Source: Amphiscolops sp. MND2022 (taxonomy: Eukaryota). Taken from it: a DNA stretch of 64,000 bases. The position numbers and the translations under genes were made by a program. Shown one piece after another: positions 1 to 14,374 of this stretch (positions are counted from its first letter, which is position 1; the number at the start of each line of letters is the position of its first letter). The notes beneath the pieces were generated by a model. The model was given only the letters and a program-made list of their open reading frames with translations, made no database searches and was not told the DNA's origin. The stretch is from NCBI GenBank assembly GCA_964187785.1, contig OZ076409.1, forward strand, positions 99,512,001 through 99,576,000. The letters are read 5' to 3'.

Positions 1-1379
1 GATTTTCGTTCATTTTTGGCATTTTCTACTTAAGAACTCCTGATTTTTTCTAGGATATATGCCAGGTAATCTATTGTTCTGTTCTTGAACTCTGCCAATA
101 TTCATAGCCACAAGCATTGAATTGTGTAGCAGGACTGTATGATGTGACTGAAAAACTAAAAATTGAACAAAATTAGGAAGAAATGGCGTGTTTTGGGACA
201 GGGGGCGTTTTAGTCCGCTTTTTGATGAGCTGGCTAATTGTTCCTTTTATAAACTCTGTAGATCTATTCAACTGAAATTATTTGTTCCAGACTGTTAAAA
301 GACTGTTACGGGGGTTTGATTGAACTGCTAATTTGCACAGGTGCTTTTATGTTGATAAAAAATCTGTAATAGGGATCTCTGATTAATGGCATAGGTGAAA
401 AAGTTTAAGATTCGAATACAAAAAGTGTTCATCTTTGAAAAAATTTTGCCTAATGCAACTACTAGGGTATGAGTGTGTCTAATTCTGGTTTAGGGCCGAT
501 TTTTGGTAATTCGTATTCTGTCCATTTCATCTGTTATTAGAATCAAAATCAGTCTACATTTCTACAAATGTTGCTGTAATTATATGTGTTCAAAAATTAA
601 AAATCCTTTTTCAATTAGTATTTTTGTAGAACTAGAAGAATTAAGTTCAAAAAACATTTTTCACTTTTTCCATGTGGACTACAAGACAATATATAGTTTT
701 GCAGAAACTTCAGAAAGCTATGGAAAAAACTTTTTTGAGCAGAAAGAAGACAACAAAACACTATGTGCCTTATTTTCCCCCAAGCGGCCGTAGGGGCGGG
801 ATAACACGAGGTTCCAATACCATCATGTTGACAATGATGTCGTTTGCATTGAAATTTTTGTCCCAGGAAAATAATTGATGTGGACATAATCTTTTCTTTT
901 ACATTGACTGCCAGTTAAAAGTTGCTCATGAGAATTTATAAAGGGAAAATTCGTGTAGGGCTTTTTGTACAATTTTAGCTTGTTCGAAGCGTGGATTTTT
1001 GCTCTTTTGGACAAAAATATTGACAAAAAGATTTTTGTTTTAGGAACAAAATGTGCTTTCGTCTTGGGGGAAATTCGAAACAAGGTGTTCTTAGAGGGAA
1101 AAGGGCACATGGTCCAACATCTGAAATTGAAATTAATTTCAAACCATTTTATTTTTACTCTGTACATCAACCATAAGTGCCAAGATTAAACAAAAACAGT
1201 AACCAATTGAGGCTTGTTCAGCGTAGCTATTACGCCGCAGTTGTTTACGCTGCTAACCAAGCTATCACCAGAATTCGGCACTTTTTTTTTCTTTTTACCA
1301 ACACTTATATTACGATTTTTCAACTCTTAGAGTTTAAAAACTCCTGTCGTAATAAACATTTGTCAAGCGTTTTGAAAGT

Positions 1380-1670
1380 TTAATCAAAATTTTGGCATCA
1401 TTCGGAAACCGTGAGGTTTTTCTTAGTTTTACTTTAGCCACGTTGGAATTTGCAAATTGGTGTCATCTTCAGCGGGTTAGTTGAGAAGCGGTGATCACAC
1501 CAGATGAGTAGTTGAGAAATAAAAGTGTGAATACAACGTGATCGTGTCGGTAGCGAAGAGGGAAATAATTAGGATTTTAATTGCAATAGTAAAAACTACA
1601 AAGTTGAATTCTACAAAATTTAGCCTCGGAAGCTTCCTGGAATTTTCAAGTGTTATATAATTACCCTGCA
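1380..1670 (+). repeat. Dispersed repeat family R, partial copy
   Basis: gtcatcttcagc...ttgagaagcggtgatca...gatgagtagt matches 39370-39546 (+) and the reverse complement of ~16680-16900. Boundaries approximate. Confidence 0.6.
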
Positions 1671-2477
1671 TGCATGTATGTTGCATGCAAATTAATCTAG
1701 TTGTCTTAACTAGGGCTGGCAAGCGTTCCAAGATCTTATGCACGTGGGTTCAGATTCAGTACCGTAACAATGGAGACTTTCTAAAATTTGCAGAATTTAG
1801 CGCTACCCAAAGTTTTAGTCCTGAAACAGGTTTATCGCAAATTTTCAAGTTAGCTTTGACCCATGTTTAGTTTCACCGTTTTGTAGCCTAATAAAATTGT
1901 GCCTAATATTATAAGCAGTCGCCAGTCCTCGTTTTTTCCTCGTTTTTTTTCGAGTGCCGCACTGCTTTGAAAAAAAATTGAGTCCTAGTGCTTTCTGGCC
2001 TTTCGAAAACTTCAAAGTCATAGTGGTTAGCAGCGTAGTTCCAACCAGTAAATTTCGTTTAGAACCTAATTTGGGGTTATTTTCAGCCGATACTCGAAAA
2101 TTCAGGTTTATGAAGTTGAGTTTCTCTGACGATGTTGAATTTATTGGATCGTTTTGGAGTCTGGAAATCAGAACAAGATCATTTTAGTATACTGCAAAGG
2201 GTAGAATTTACAGCAAGTTTTAGTATAATGTCTTTTAGATGTATAGTTTATCATTAATTTGTCAGTTTAATTCGTCAGTTCTATAATTTCAGTAATTTTC
2301 TCAGAGTTGGTTCAAACTCGCACTTTTTGAAAAACTCCAAAAGTTTTAATTTTCGATCACGTTTATTCATGTTGAAAACTAACTATTTGAAAGACACAAT
2401 TACATGAAAAGAAGTATTTCGACCCTCATTAATTCATAGAAGAAAACCAACAATTCAAATTGACTTCAGCAAGCATC

Positions 2478-2950
2478 AACAAGCCAGGACCGGTCCAAGT
2501 CGGCGCCTTATCTAAGGCTCAAAAATAGCTAAAGGACTTCAAAATGTCAAAGTATTGGTGAATTAGGGACCCTTTTATGAAAAAAATGAAAAAAGTCTCA
2601 CAATACCGACAAAAACTGAAAATGGGGATCCTTTGGGATTTTTAAACATCCATTCTGTCCGAAAATATAAAAAAAATTGAAGGGGCCTTTTGGTGAAAAT
2701 TTGTGTCTCGAAAAAAAGTCTCACAGAGCCTAAAATACTCTAAGGGAGTACCCTTTGGCCCCGTTGAGTTTCTTAGATGATGTAAAAATACTTCGCAAGC
2801 TTTTGAAAAAGTAAAAGTACTTCGCGAGCAAGAATTCATGACATGAAAATTGTAAGAAAAGTAGACGATTCAGAGTGAGATTATAGGCTGAAAAAACTAC
2901 CCACTGTAATAGCCGGGCTTTTTTCCCTAAGGGAAAAGGCGCCGACTAAA
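2478..2950 (+). mobile_element. DINE-1/Helentron-associated (HINE)-like non-autonomous element
   Basis: Starts AACAAG...AAGTCGGCGCC and ends in a hairpin plus GGCGCCGACTAAA. Homologous copies at 6630-7139, 8414-8980, 10730-14910 and 33630-33985. Confidence 0.55.
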
Positions 2951-3195
2951 AACGCAATTAATTTTTTTGGTTACTTATCTTTCCTGTATACAATTGCGCT
3001 ATGCTCATTTCTCAATCTGCCATCTTTTGCAAGTTAAGTGATTCTCACACTTGTAAGCAAGCATTCATGTCCTTGCATGTACAGGGTGAACAAAAAAACG
3101 GACCGCTTAAAAATTTTTCAAAAAAGCTGCGATGATAGAGAGGTTTAAAAACATAAACTATATGTAATAAAGTGCTTCGAACGCATTTCTGCCGC

Positions 3196-4212
3196 TCACA
3201 GTTCCGCATTGCCGATCTGGAGAGCCATTGAAATCCGTTGCTTCAGAAAGCAGCCAGCTCGTTGATCGTCGTGCGAACGAAAGAGCATTTTGCAGAGACG
3301 CGTGATGAAAATTTCACTGCTCTCGACTAAAGAATACTGTACTTCCATGGCCACTGGTTGAAAAAGGTATCCATTTTCTATTATTTCTCGAAACTTCTCA
3401 ATTTTACGTCCTTCAGCTTCGGCGGCGGTGGTTTCCGGTTTGCATAAGGAGCCTTGATTCAGGCGATTGGGTGCAGGAGCATCCACAACCGTGACATCCC
3501 ACACCAGCTGCTTACCCATTTCCCAAGAATTATTGGTAACATCGTCTGAGCGATTGCCATCAGTTCGGTACAGTCCACGCGGTTCCAGCATTGAAGGCAA
3601 ATCGAGAGACCCCAACGTCTGCTATATGAGAGAATTGAGAGTAGCATGACGTGAGAAGCGACCAGCATTCTTGGTGCAAGATAAACCATGTAAACCGTCC
3701 CGTTCAACTCTTTTACCACAGTGGCACGTATGCGCAACACAGATATTGGCTCCGAGACGTAAACCAATTGAAATCCGAAGAAGCTGCTCATCAAGTTTCA
3801 GACCTAGGTTCTTGCAAGAAAGTACGATCAGCCATTGAGACCCAAATTTGCCTGCCTTGATAGGCGTTAAAAACTTTCGAACGTTTGGCATCGAATCTAA
3901 AATCAAATCCTGGGCGGTTAAGACGTAAACAGGTTGTGTACAATTTTTCTGGGTTCCATCGAGAGGATTTTCCTGTTCATTCGTCAAACTCAACCATTTC
4001 TCAAGCGCTTTTGTGAACGAATCATCTTCGAATGTTTCCGTGAAAATTGTCCAAAGACAAAAGTCACTCGAACCAAAAGCTGAGGCCAAAAGGGCGGGAA
4101 GTGCTAATAATGATGAAACCCCAAAACCACCCATTTCAGCGGTCAGAGCCAGCTGAGCACTCGAACATGATGTAGTGGTTGGAACATTCGGCCTGTACTG
4201 GGGCGGTTGCAA
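3196..4212 (-). pseudogene. 5'-truncated, decayed non-LTR retrotransposon: C-terminal zinc knuckle and restriction-like endonuclease (CRE/NeSL-type)
   Basis: CHCG..DGLHGLSC..GRFSRH..LN, LEPRGL..DG.R(S)D, LVWDVTVVD, AE.RK..K, FQPVAME and QRISMALQIGNA motifs across ORFs 3622-4212 and 3196-3615. Confidence 0.8.
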
Positions 4213-6629
4213 ATTCTATTCTCTGCCACAACTTTTCCATTGTTGGGCCATAACAATTCCTTCATTCTTAGCTCAGTTGTATCGTCGAGAACAAAAAAAA
4301 ACAACGCGCATTTGGCGGAGAGAAGCAAAAAGAAAAAGAGCAACGGTGAGCAGTCAGACCTTTGTGACCATGAGCAAGTCACTTTTAAACCACAGCTCCA
4401 AGCCGACCACTGCTTGACCACTTGGCTGTAACTATGGTACCATAGCTTACTATGGGAAAATAGTATCCGAAAAGGCGCCGACCTAGAAAAGCATAATAGA
4501 TTATTCGACGTCCAACTCGCGAAATTTGGGAAATAAATTTTCTTCTGCTTCACACATCAAAAGTGTGAACGAGATGACTGGTAAATACGTCCACACTTTT
4601 TCTGAAAGTTTGGATCATTCTTTGTTGAAAATTTGATTGCGTAAGGAAAGGATGATTGACAGAGACAATAAAGTATTTTCAGTGTCTTGTTTACAATTAT
4701 TACGTTTTTGAAGAGTGAAATATATTTGTGCGTTCCGTTTTCCGGATCACCTAGTAAGTTGTTTGCAACATCATTGATTATCATGGCTGCATTTTCAATG
4801 TTTAACTTGAATTGTTACGATCATCAACAGCTTGTTCGAATCGCAAATAGTTGGCATCATTTGGTGTGACGTCATTCCATAAAGTGTTATGCTTTTGATT
4901 TTTCAAATCAAAATGTTTTAATCAAAATCGACTTTATTATGAAATGATGAATTTTTGAGGAAGTCTTCAGCAGAAGTTTGCGTTTTACAGAAACGCCTAA
5001 ATTTATAAAACTGAAATTCGGATATTTTCTGTTAACCTGAGCCTCCCCCCACCGATTTGAAATCCCCCCAGTTAAGCGGTCAAAAGAAAGTATCATTGAA
5101 TTAACAGTAACAACCAATCAAATTGCAGTATTTTATGATTGTAACTGGAAGTCATCGCTGATACTGGGGGGTTATTAAAATTTTCGTGTTTACTGTGAGG
5201 GGGGTTATTTAAATTTTCGTGTTTACTGTGAGGGGGGGGGAGGTTTTGGACAGAAAAGATCCTAAATTCTTTGTTCTGTTCTTGCTTCGACATTGCTCTT
5301 TGAATTATTATTTTTTAAAAAAAAACGAAAAAGAATTGACCCCCTCAACAGGACTTGGGAAGAAAGTTCACACGAATCTCGAACCATTTGTCAAGAAATA
5401 CTTGAAAACAGCTCTGAACATTGCAGTTTCCGGGTTGATAACTCGATTTGCAAACTTCTTCCCGAAGCGAATAAGTTTCACACATCAAAAGCGATAACTC
5501 TGTCAAAGACGTTTCGACTTTTTCTGAGCCACCAATAACTTTCAGTTGAAATTGTTGAAATTGTAATTACGTAATGAGAGGTTCATTTCAATTTATTGGA
5601 AGGAGTACTTGAAAACTTTTCAGAATCTTGGTTACAAGGTTTTAGATTTCGAACAACAAACTTTTGCGCGTTTCGTTATAGTTTGTTATATTGGTAGTAA
5701 AATTACTCCCAAATGTTGTTTGCGATATGACACAAAACTCTTTGCCAAAAATGGTCAATTTGGCCAATTTTGGCCAATTTGGCCCAATTTACACAGTCAA
5801 ACGCACCCTAAAATCTAAGGCGACTGGAAATTGCTTACTCTTTTTCAATACTAACTCGAAATTTGTCACTTCAAAAAAAACTGCCACTTTTTTGATTTGA
5901 ACCGACGATTGTACACTTTGCTTCGAATCCCTAGTTGAATCTGCTTGGAAACGTTGCATGCTGCTTGTATGTGTGAAAAGCTATTGTTTTCTTAAGACAC
6001 GAAAAATAACGACAGCCTGCGTTGAAAACGTTTTTAGGATTATATTGCAGCGACCACGACTTAAATCAAAACTGAAAATATTTCTACTTCTTCATCGTCT
6101 CGATCACTTTTTCACGCTTAAGTTTCTTATGTAACTACTGTGTGTACACACCGTTAGCCGAATTGCACGCTGAATAAAAGGGTACTTTGAGATCTATAAA
6201 GTGCCTGAAGTTGATTTCACTAAGTTGTAAGTAAAGTTGATAAGGTCTCAGCTGCATTTAAAGTAGAACTGCTTTTATATAAAACATGCAAAACATCGTG
6301 GATCCGAAATGCCAGCATTTTTGGGTGCAGCTTGATTAACTTCAATTAAAAAACAGTGAAACTTTCATGCACTGAAGTTTTTTGATAGTTCCATAAAAGC
6401 ATGATAACTTAGTTAGGCAAACTAGATATATATATATATTGTTGAAGCAGCTTCAACCAGGGATAATATAAGAGGTTCAGAGATTCTCAAATTAGCAAGT
6501 GAAAAGATTTTTCGATGCCAATTGGTAGTTGTAAAAATTTCTCAATTGGCATTACAATTAAAACATTATACTCAGTAAGCCGTCATTTCAATTAATATCA
6601 AGGAAACAATGGAAACAAGCCTTGTTTTT

Positions 6630-7139
6630 ACTCGGCGCATTTAGCAGAAAAAGCGCTCGGCATTTACAGTTACAAGTTTTGTTTCGTCGGATGACAATCT
6701 CACACCGAATGGTCCACTTTTACAAACTCCGCCACACTTGTGCGGCCGCCGTGGCCCCACACGCTTAATCCGAAATAACTTGCGTTTCACTAAAGAGGAG
6801 GTCGGGGTTCGAAAAAGGAGTTCCCATTAGTCCCTTAGTCCCAGCACGCTATATTCGAACTTTTGACGTTATATCCGAAGTAAATTGCGTCTTACTAACG
6901 GGGGAAGCGGAGGTTCCAAAATATGGCGCTATATCCGATTTTTGTTTTTTTTTTGAAGACCAACGAACTGGCAAATTTCTATAAGCCTTTCTTTAAGGTA
7001 ACTTAGTACCTAACTGCCACTTGTGTGCTACACCTATGATTGATCGATTATACTCAAAAACAGTTCTGAGTATATTTTTAAAACTTTGCGCTTTCTGAGC
7101 CTAAAGTGGGGCGCCGATGTGAGACGTTAACGTTTTGTT
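6630..7139 (-). mobile_element. HINE/DINE-1-like copy, reverse orientation
   Basis: Reverse-complement termini of the 2478-2950 family: ctgagcctaaagtggggcgccga...ttgtt at 7096-7139 and a hairpin at ~6630-6662. Confidence 0.45.
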
Positions 7140-8413
7140 ATTTTTTCCTGAGTTCCCTGACATTCTCTGATTCAATAAAAACATTTATTAGAGAGGCGTT
7201 TTTGATCGGGGGTTTTTGTTTGCAGCGCTTCTTTGAGGAAATAAGTACACGAAATAAATTGAGGAAAAAATTGGGAAAATGCACGAAAAGTGGGAAAAAC
7301 GGTGAAAAAATCCAATTTTCAGTTGAAAGTTGTCAACCTAGAGTTCGGGCATTGTTATTGATAGTAATTTAAAAAATATGTAAACTAGATGAAATTGTTA
7401 GAAAACTTCACTTTTGTCACAATTTTTTTTTCAAATTTTGAACCTGGTTCGAGATATCGATTTATGAAATTGGTTCCGAGATGACTGCTTTTAATCACCG
7501 CTATACTTTTCTCGGGAACCAAAGAATGAGCATGTATTTCTCCTGAATTCAAAGCAGAGATGACCAATTTTCATGATTTTGTTTTTTTTAAAAAAAAAAC
7601 ATTTTTCGTATTCAGTAAAATTATCCGCAGTTGATAATTTCATTATGCAATTTTAAATGGAAAGTTTAATCAAAACATGAGGATTTAATGAGAACTCAAG
7701 TTCTTGCTTATTAAGCTAAGATTTCATTAGGGGAACAAAGAATGTACATCGAAAGCACGTGAGGTCTATGTCGAAATAGAATGGGTTTGAATCAAATACC
7801 TGTAGAATGCAGATAAGAAGTTTGTTGATTGGGGGTCTCATTGTTTTCAGCTGTGGCTTCGGGTATAGAGACAGAATACTTAAACAACGTTGATAACTTT
7901 TCCTCAAGCAAGCCCCCCATAATTAGAAGGAAAACCAGCAAAAACCAGGGTAGCACAGTTGATGCAGACGTAAAATCGGGAACGAAGGAAAAATATGGAG
8001 GGGAGATTGTAAGAAAATGGGGGGTAATAAAAACTAGATCCAACTTCCATTTTTGTCAATCCATTAAATCACAAGTACATTCAGTCATTGTTTTGTGTTT
8101 GTTCTGTTGTTAAAACAGAAAGAAAGAAAGCGAAGTTTTGAGAGAATTAGAAAAGCCGCCAATTAAATTGGTAAAAACGAGCGTGTTGTGACGTAGAAGC
8201 TCTTTTCTGCAAGCACCAACATACCAAATGGTAACTGCATTTATCGACCAATCAGATGAGAGCTACCAAAACTGCGCAGAACAAGAAGACTTTTTCTGTT
8301 CAAGTATACTCGAAACTCAAAGACTCAAGTTTTAAGAAGACTAGAAGTGTTTGAATCACAAAAGTTATATGGACATAAGTCAAATTAGTTCCAAGTTAGA
8401 ATGAGCTGTTTTT

Positions 8414-8980
8414 AGATGGCGCTTTTCACTTAAGGAAAAGTGCCCGACTAATACAGTGACTACTTTTTTGTCAGTCTCACTCTGAATGGTCCAATTTTTT
8501 TGCACCGTGCACTTTCACGCTAAACACTTAGTACTTGATTTTGAACGCATCCAAAGCCTCTAAATTGAATTACAAAACCTTTTCAAAGCAGAAGGGTCTC
8601 CCTTTCTCTTTTTTTCGGCACTATGAGACTTTTCTTGGAAAATAATTCAATATCTCCAAAGGGTCCCCTTTCAATTTTTAACTGTTTCCATTACTTGATT
8701 TACGGCTTTCTCGGCGCGGTGCGACTTTTTTCGAAACGGTTCTCTTTCGGTGAAATGGTACCCCTTTGTTTTTGGTTTAGAAAAAGCGCTTGGGTCTCTT
8801 TTTGGGTTTTTCGGCACTATGAGACTTTTTCCGAAAAAAAACGAATCCGATTTTTGTCAAAAAGTTTAGGGTAAAAGTTGTTTTCGAGCCTTATGCGTAC
8901 CCTTCTGGGTATTTTTCGGAACTGTAAAATTGATAGATTTCAAACAATAGTTCACTTTGCATTTTTGGAAAACTTTACTC
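8414..8980 (-). mobile_element. HINE/DINE-1-like copy, reverse orientation, partial
   Basis: ggcgcttttcacttaaggaaaagtgcccgact hairpin at the left end, plus the family's internal ttttcggcactatgagactttt units. Confidence 0.5.
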
Positions 8981-9019
8981 TTAAGCTAGTGCTGAAGGAT
9001 TTACACCAGGCCCAACAAC

Positions 9020-9093
9020 TGTGAGTTGAGAGATTCGAACTTGATACCGCCGGAGTACAGACCGAATGCTCTAACCACTACACCAAACACCCC
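9020..9093 (-). mobile_element. tRNA-derived SINE head or tRNA pseudogene
   Basis: Minus strand has Pol III A-box TGGTGTAGTGG and B-box GTTCGAATC at tRNA spacing. The acceptor stem pairs poorly. Confidence 0.65.
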
Positions 9094-11331
9094 TGGACTT
9101 AGGCGACAGTTTCACGTAAACAGTTTCACGTGGTTGTTCTCTGTTCGTAAGCAATTGAAGCGTATACTCTAGGGCTGGAACGTACACTCCAAACTGTTCG
9201 CTGATAGTTTAATAGCTTCACCTTCAATGGATCCTTCTATTGATTTATGAGTTGGATCAAAAAGTATCAGAATAATTTTTTTTTCTCGTTGATAGAATTG
9301 AAGTTGACCTTGTAAAAATTCAAGTCTTACACTTGTGAAATCTTTTTTTTTTCAGGAAGAGGTTACCCTTCGTTCTCTGGTTACTTTTCGCTGTTCTGTC
9401 TCAAAAAAGGAAAACTCTTAGTTGTGTCCGGGTTTTTATCTCTTCAAATTTTCCGTCTGAAACAATTGGGTTGATTTCACGGAAATTTCCATTTATTTTG
9501 TCCACGTTTTTCTACAAAATTGGGTTTTTTCGACGTTTCAGTGGGAAAAACGTTTTCCCTCCTTTATGAAAATTTTTTGTTTTCGTTAGATTTTTTACGG
9601 AACTTTTTGCGCGAACAGTTACTCAGTGTGAAAAATCGCAACAACCAATTGTCTAACTGAACCATGACAATACCGTTTCAAGATAATGTGTCTGACGATG
9701 AAAAAAGCGCGACCCGATATCACGTGTTCCTATGCCTGCAAACATGAAACTCTATGCAGAGTTACGCTATTTAACACACAGACAGACAATTTGGTACTTT
9801 TCTAATAGTTTTTTGAAGCTAAAACGAGTTGAAGTGCGATAAAAAGCATTTGTTATTACGCGAATAAGGTGTTCCCATGCGTGCAAACGCGATGTTTTAC
9901 GCAAATTTAATCAATTGAACGAAGAAACAAGCATTTTGCCGCTTTAACACGCGTTTTCAACTGAAAAAGTGCAATCAAACTGCGCTAAATTGCGTTACTT
10001 TGCGCAAAAAACCTGTGTTTTTGCACAAACACTGATGTAACGCAAAGAAAAATGAAAGCTGTTCGAATCCGAATTAGGTTTTCTAAACACTGAAAAAAGC
10101 TCTTCTCTTTGCATATTTTTATTCTGCGTATCAAGTTAGAAACATCATTTCTGTTAACACATTTTTTCGAGCTGGAAAGCGCATTACACCTCGTTTTGCT
10201 AAATAGTTTTTTGGAGCAACTGTAAAACTTCACATTGCAGTAACCGTTAAATGTTATTTGGGGTGAACCGTCCTGTCAGTGGAAAAAACACTATTTAAAA
10301 GAGAAACAGGCAGTTATTATTTATTTGTGTTTGCAGTTCGACTGGGGTCACGCACTGTTGTGTAGCTCCACACCTGTGAAAAATTCAATAGCATCTGTTA
10401 AGGAGCGCATGTCATGCGAAATACAAACTGCTTGAGAGAACTTGCCCCCATTAATTCAATAGTACTCTACAGTTCAGGATATTGCGTTTGATTGTTTAGG
10501 GTTTTGTTATGTAAACTTGTCATCATTTTCGAGAACTTTTTCGTTTAGGACAAAAGGAAAAAAACCTTTGAATAGATGAGCAACAGCTGCACGTTTGGAA
10601 AAGCGCCGAAAAATTACCTAGTGCACAGAACTATTGTGCAATGTTTGCAATGTTCTAATGTTTGCAATAAAAGAGTTTAAGTAGATGACCAATGTTCCGA
10701 ACAGGCGTCCTCGAAACAATATAAAGACTAACAAGACGGGAACGTCTAAAGTCGGGGCTATATCTAAGGCTCAAAAAGCGCAAAAGACTTTTTTGGAAAA
10801 GACTTGAAGTTTTTAAATTTTTTTCTTTCAGAAAATGTCGCATAGTGCCGAAAAATGTAAAAGGGGGGACCCTTTGGGATTTATTAACATATATTCTGTT
10901 GCAATATTATTTTCGCTTTGGATATGACTGGCCTGTCTCATTTGGATGTATCTTACTCCGGTCGTACCGAGGTATCTTTTGAAATTGATTGCTGGTACAT
11001 CGAACGAGTCGGCGGAACTTGTTGATTCTGTCTCGTTTGTCTCTGGTTGGCTTTCTGCTTCCGGTGTGTCGTCGCTTGTTCCTGTTTGTCCTCCGTTTGT
11101 GTTTTCGGCATGTTTCTGATTTTTTCTATCACCCGGTAAAGTACTTCTCTTTTTGTAGTGTCGTCTTCAAGTTCTTTGTCTTGTTCTCCCATGCGGTCCC
11201 AGAGCATTCATCTCCTTTTTTGGTTTAAATTCACCTCGATTCGTTTTTTCCGCTCTAGGGTGCCTTGGGGGATTATACGTTTTCCAGCTTCCCTTGGATG
11301 TTCTATGTTCTCCGGGTTTTACTAGTTCTTT

Positions 11332-13460
11332 CTAACGGTTCACAAGCTGGAATGTTTCTTCTGACGGGTCATCTGGTTCAATTTGTTCATTGCGGCGAAT
11401 GTCCATTATTGTTTCGTAATTGTGTTGGACGTTGTTAATGGTATTGCGATCGACTGTGTTGAGTTGAGGTAGCAACGAACTGCGCTTGTTTGTTTTGTTC
11501 AATTTTGACTTCGGTTCGTTCAGCTTGCTTGATTCTGATTGGTTGGATTTCTGTTCACGCTTCTCGATATCGTCCGTTCGCGCATTTTTGTTCATCTTAC
11601 CGGTAATGCTGCCGCAATTGTTGATGAACTCAAGGAATGGTGTTATGCAATTAATTACGTTCTCTTCGTCGTAATTTTCGATTGGTTCTGGCATTGATGT
11701 TGGATTTCTACTCAAGTAATCCGTTACTGCTAAATGTTTTCCGGCGGTGTGTTTGATGTTGATGTCAAAGTGAGCCAAACGATCTAACCATCTTGTTAGT
11801 CTTGCGCTATAGGTTTTGTTTGACCCTATTTCTTTTGATCAATGGTTCCAACGCTTGGTGATCTGTTAAAAGTTTATTTGGTTTTCCGTAGATATGTAGT
11901 CTAAAGGGTTCTAGGTCCCATACTACGGCTAGCAATTCCAATTCGTTCATTGCGTATTTCTTTTCTGTATCGGATAAAAATCGACTTGCGAATCCGATTG
12001 GCTTTAATTCGCCGGTTTTTTGTTTTTGACAAAGCGTGGTTCCCAGTCCTTTTGTGCTGGCGTCTGTTGTAATTATGTTTTCACTTTGAGCGTTGTAGTG
12101 TGCTAAACACGGGATTTTTGAAAGGCATTCTTTCAAATTTTTGAAAACTCTTGTATGTTCTTCCGTCCAGATCCACTCTTTTTGCTTTATTTAGTAATTT
12201 TCGTAGGATGTCCGTGTTTGTTGACAGATTTTCAATATACTTTGACAAATATTGAATTGCCCTTAGAAATGATTTTAATTTTTTTTCCGTTTTATGGTAT
12301 ATTGATCTTTTTTATTGCATCCAATTTGTCCTGCAGGAGTCGTATTCCTTGGTGGTCTTTTTTGTGACCGACTCATTTGATTTCTTTTCTGAAGTATTCG
12401 AATTTCTTTGGATTTATTCTATATCCTGCTTTTTTCAGTTTCGTCATTGTTTCACGTACTTCCGCTTCGTGTTTTTCCATGTTTCCTTTGGTGACAATTA
12501 TTTTATCGTCTAATCAAGCTGGGTGTTTGTGTTCCAGCGTCGTGTCTATCCGTTCCTGGAAAATCGTTGGAATGTCCGCCAGTCCGTAAAAACCTTTCAG
12601 GAAACTGTAGTATCCGTTGAAATCACCTCCTGTGACGGTGAATATGCACAAGGTTTTTGTATCGTCATCTAATTTGATTTGTCCGAATGCATAATCGAAG
12701 TCAAACTTTGTTGCTAAGATTTCCCCCTTTAGATCTCTTTCTTGAAATCCGTGATATCAATGCTTCCATATTCGGCAATTGTGCTTTTCGCTTCACAGTA
12801 GTTTCGTTTAATTTTCTGGAATCGAGTGCGATTTTTATCGATTTGTCCACTTGGTCTTGTAGATGTATTGGGATTGGTCGTCCTTTTTGTTGTGTTATCT
12901 TTGCTCCAGCTTTTAAATTTATTTTGACAGAGAGATTTTTTTATCTCTTTGTTGTTGTAAAACAAATCTTTGAAGTCGTTCAGGAGTTTTCTCTTTTTTT
13001 TTTCTGTGCTACCCACATTTATGTTGTGAATCTGAATTGCGTCACTGTTTGAACTCAATTTACTTTTCAGCCTTTGCATCCAGTCCAATCCCATTAACGG
13101 GGCGGTTTGTGCTTTTGTAATTAATAGTGGTAATTCCTTTGGTTCTTTGTTTGTTTTGACCATTGCTTTCGTCTGTCCTGTAAAATCAATCTTTTGATTG
13201 TTTACATCTTTGTAAGTGGTCTTGAGTGGTTCAATTGGTGTAAGTTTGCAAAACAAGCATTCCGGAATAAGTGGTACTGGTGATCCACTATCAATGATGA
13301 AATTGATTGGTACGTTGTTGACCAATAGTGTGGCGTTGTAAAAGCCTTTCTTCTGTTTTGTATTTTCTACTCTCTGGATTCTATCATAGTCCCAATTATC
13401 TTCTTCTGCTGGAGATGTTGTTGTGTCAACGTATTGTACTCGTCTCATTGATCTGCACAT
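11332..13460 (-). pseudogene. pol: Element E pol remnants (protease, RT, RNase H) with stops, frameshifts and deletions
   Basis: ORFs 12729-13460 (DSG), 11807-12136 (RNase H) and 11332-11778 (DYLSR). RT motif *LDD at ~12505. Confidence 0.8.
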
Positions 13461-13481
13461 CTTTTCGTAGTGACCTCTTCT

Positions 13482-14357
13482 TTAGCATTTTCTACATTCT
13501 GCTAATTGTGCTGGGCAAATATGTTGTCTTGACCAATTTGGTGCTCCGCATTGTCCACATCGGTTATTTTTTGGCTTTTGTTTTTGGTATTCCGGTCTTT
13601 TCTTTGTTTTGTCTGCATCGGCTTTTTCTGTCCACTTTCGTTTGTATGGCCGTTCTTGTACGTGTTTTATTTCTCTTCCGTCGTTCGAATTTTTTGAGTC
13701 TTTTAGTCGGTCGTACATGTGTTCATGTATCAATGCTGTTATTGTTTCTATCGTCATGTCGCTTTTTCTAATTCCCTTCTTTGTTTCATAGTTTTCTGTT
13801 GATCTTCCAATTACAGAGAGAAACTTTGACGCTATTAGTTTGGCTGGTGTTACATTCTCGAACTCACAGTTCTTTTCCACTTGGAGAATTCTCGTCCAGA
13901 CGTCTTCTACTGATTCATGTTTCTCTCTTGTTATCCCAAAGAAGTCTGCTCTGCTATGGAATTTATTTCGTTCCGGTATGAAGTGTAACCGGAATAGTGA
14001 GTACAGCTGATTTATGTCCATTCGATTTGGGTCATTGTCCCTAATGGTTCTTGTCATCTCCGTTATTGCTGATTCGCCCAATGCCCAAATAAACAATTCT
14101 TTGATCAGCGGTTCCTGATCGTCCCTGTAATTTTCTAATATCTCACGGTCTGTGGTCATTGTGTTGAGATCAATGTTTTGGGTCATTTTAATGTATTGTG
14201 CGAATCCTCTCCACCATAGCTTCGCCTCCTGTATCCCGCGTTTTTCAAATGTTGGTAGAGTAATTTTCTGGTTTGTCTTTTTGGTTTTTGAGTTTGCTTT
14301 TTTAGGGATTTCTTCACTTGAAGAGCCTGCGCTCTCATTTGCTTTTTGATTGTCCAT
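13482..14357 (-). CDS. gag: Element E Gag
   Basis: 291-aa ORF immediately after the PBS, with C-terminal knuckles (CGQCGAPNWSRQHIC, CRKC). Confidence 0.75.
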   Translation of the reverse strand: MDNQKANESAGSSSEEIPKKANSKTKKTNQKITLPTFEKRGIQEAKLWWRGFAQYIKMTQNIDLNTMTTDREILENYRDDQEPLIKELFIWALGESAITEMTRTIRDNDPNRMDINQLYSLFRLHFIPERNKFHSRADFFGITREKHESVEDVWTRILQVEKNCEFENVTPAKLIASKFLSVIGRSTENYETKKGIRKSDMTIETITALIHEHMYDRLKDSKNSNDGREIKHVQERPYKRKWTEKADADKTKKRPEYQKQKPKNNRCGQCGAPNWSRQHICPAQLAECRKC

Positions 14358-14374
14358 CTTCTTTTACTGCGCCA

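Noticed and set aside
1..1400. Host exons (open minus-strand frame at 1-148 after an acceptor-like site; short ORFs)
   Set aside because: No recognisable protein motif and no supportable gene model.
7716..8113. Short ORFs as a gene
   Set aside because: No motif, homologue or splice model visible.
9020..9093. Functional tRNA-Tyr gene
   Set aside because: The A and B boxes are present but the acceptor and other stems are mismatched; a SINE head or pseudogene fits better.
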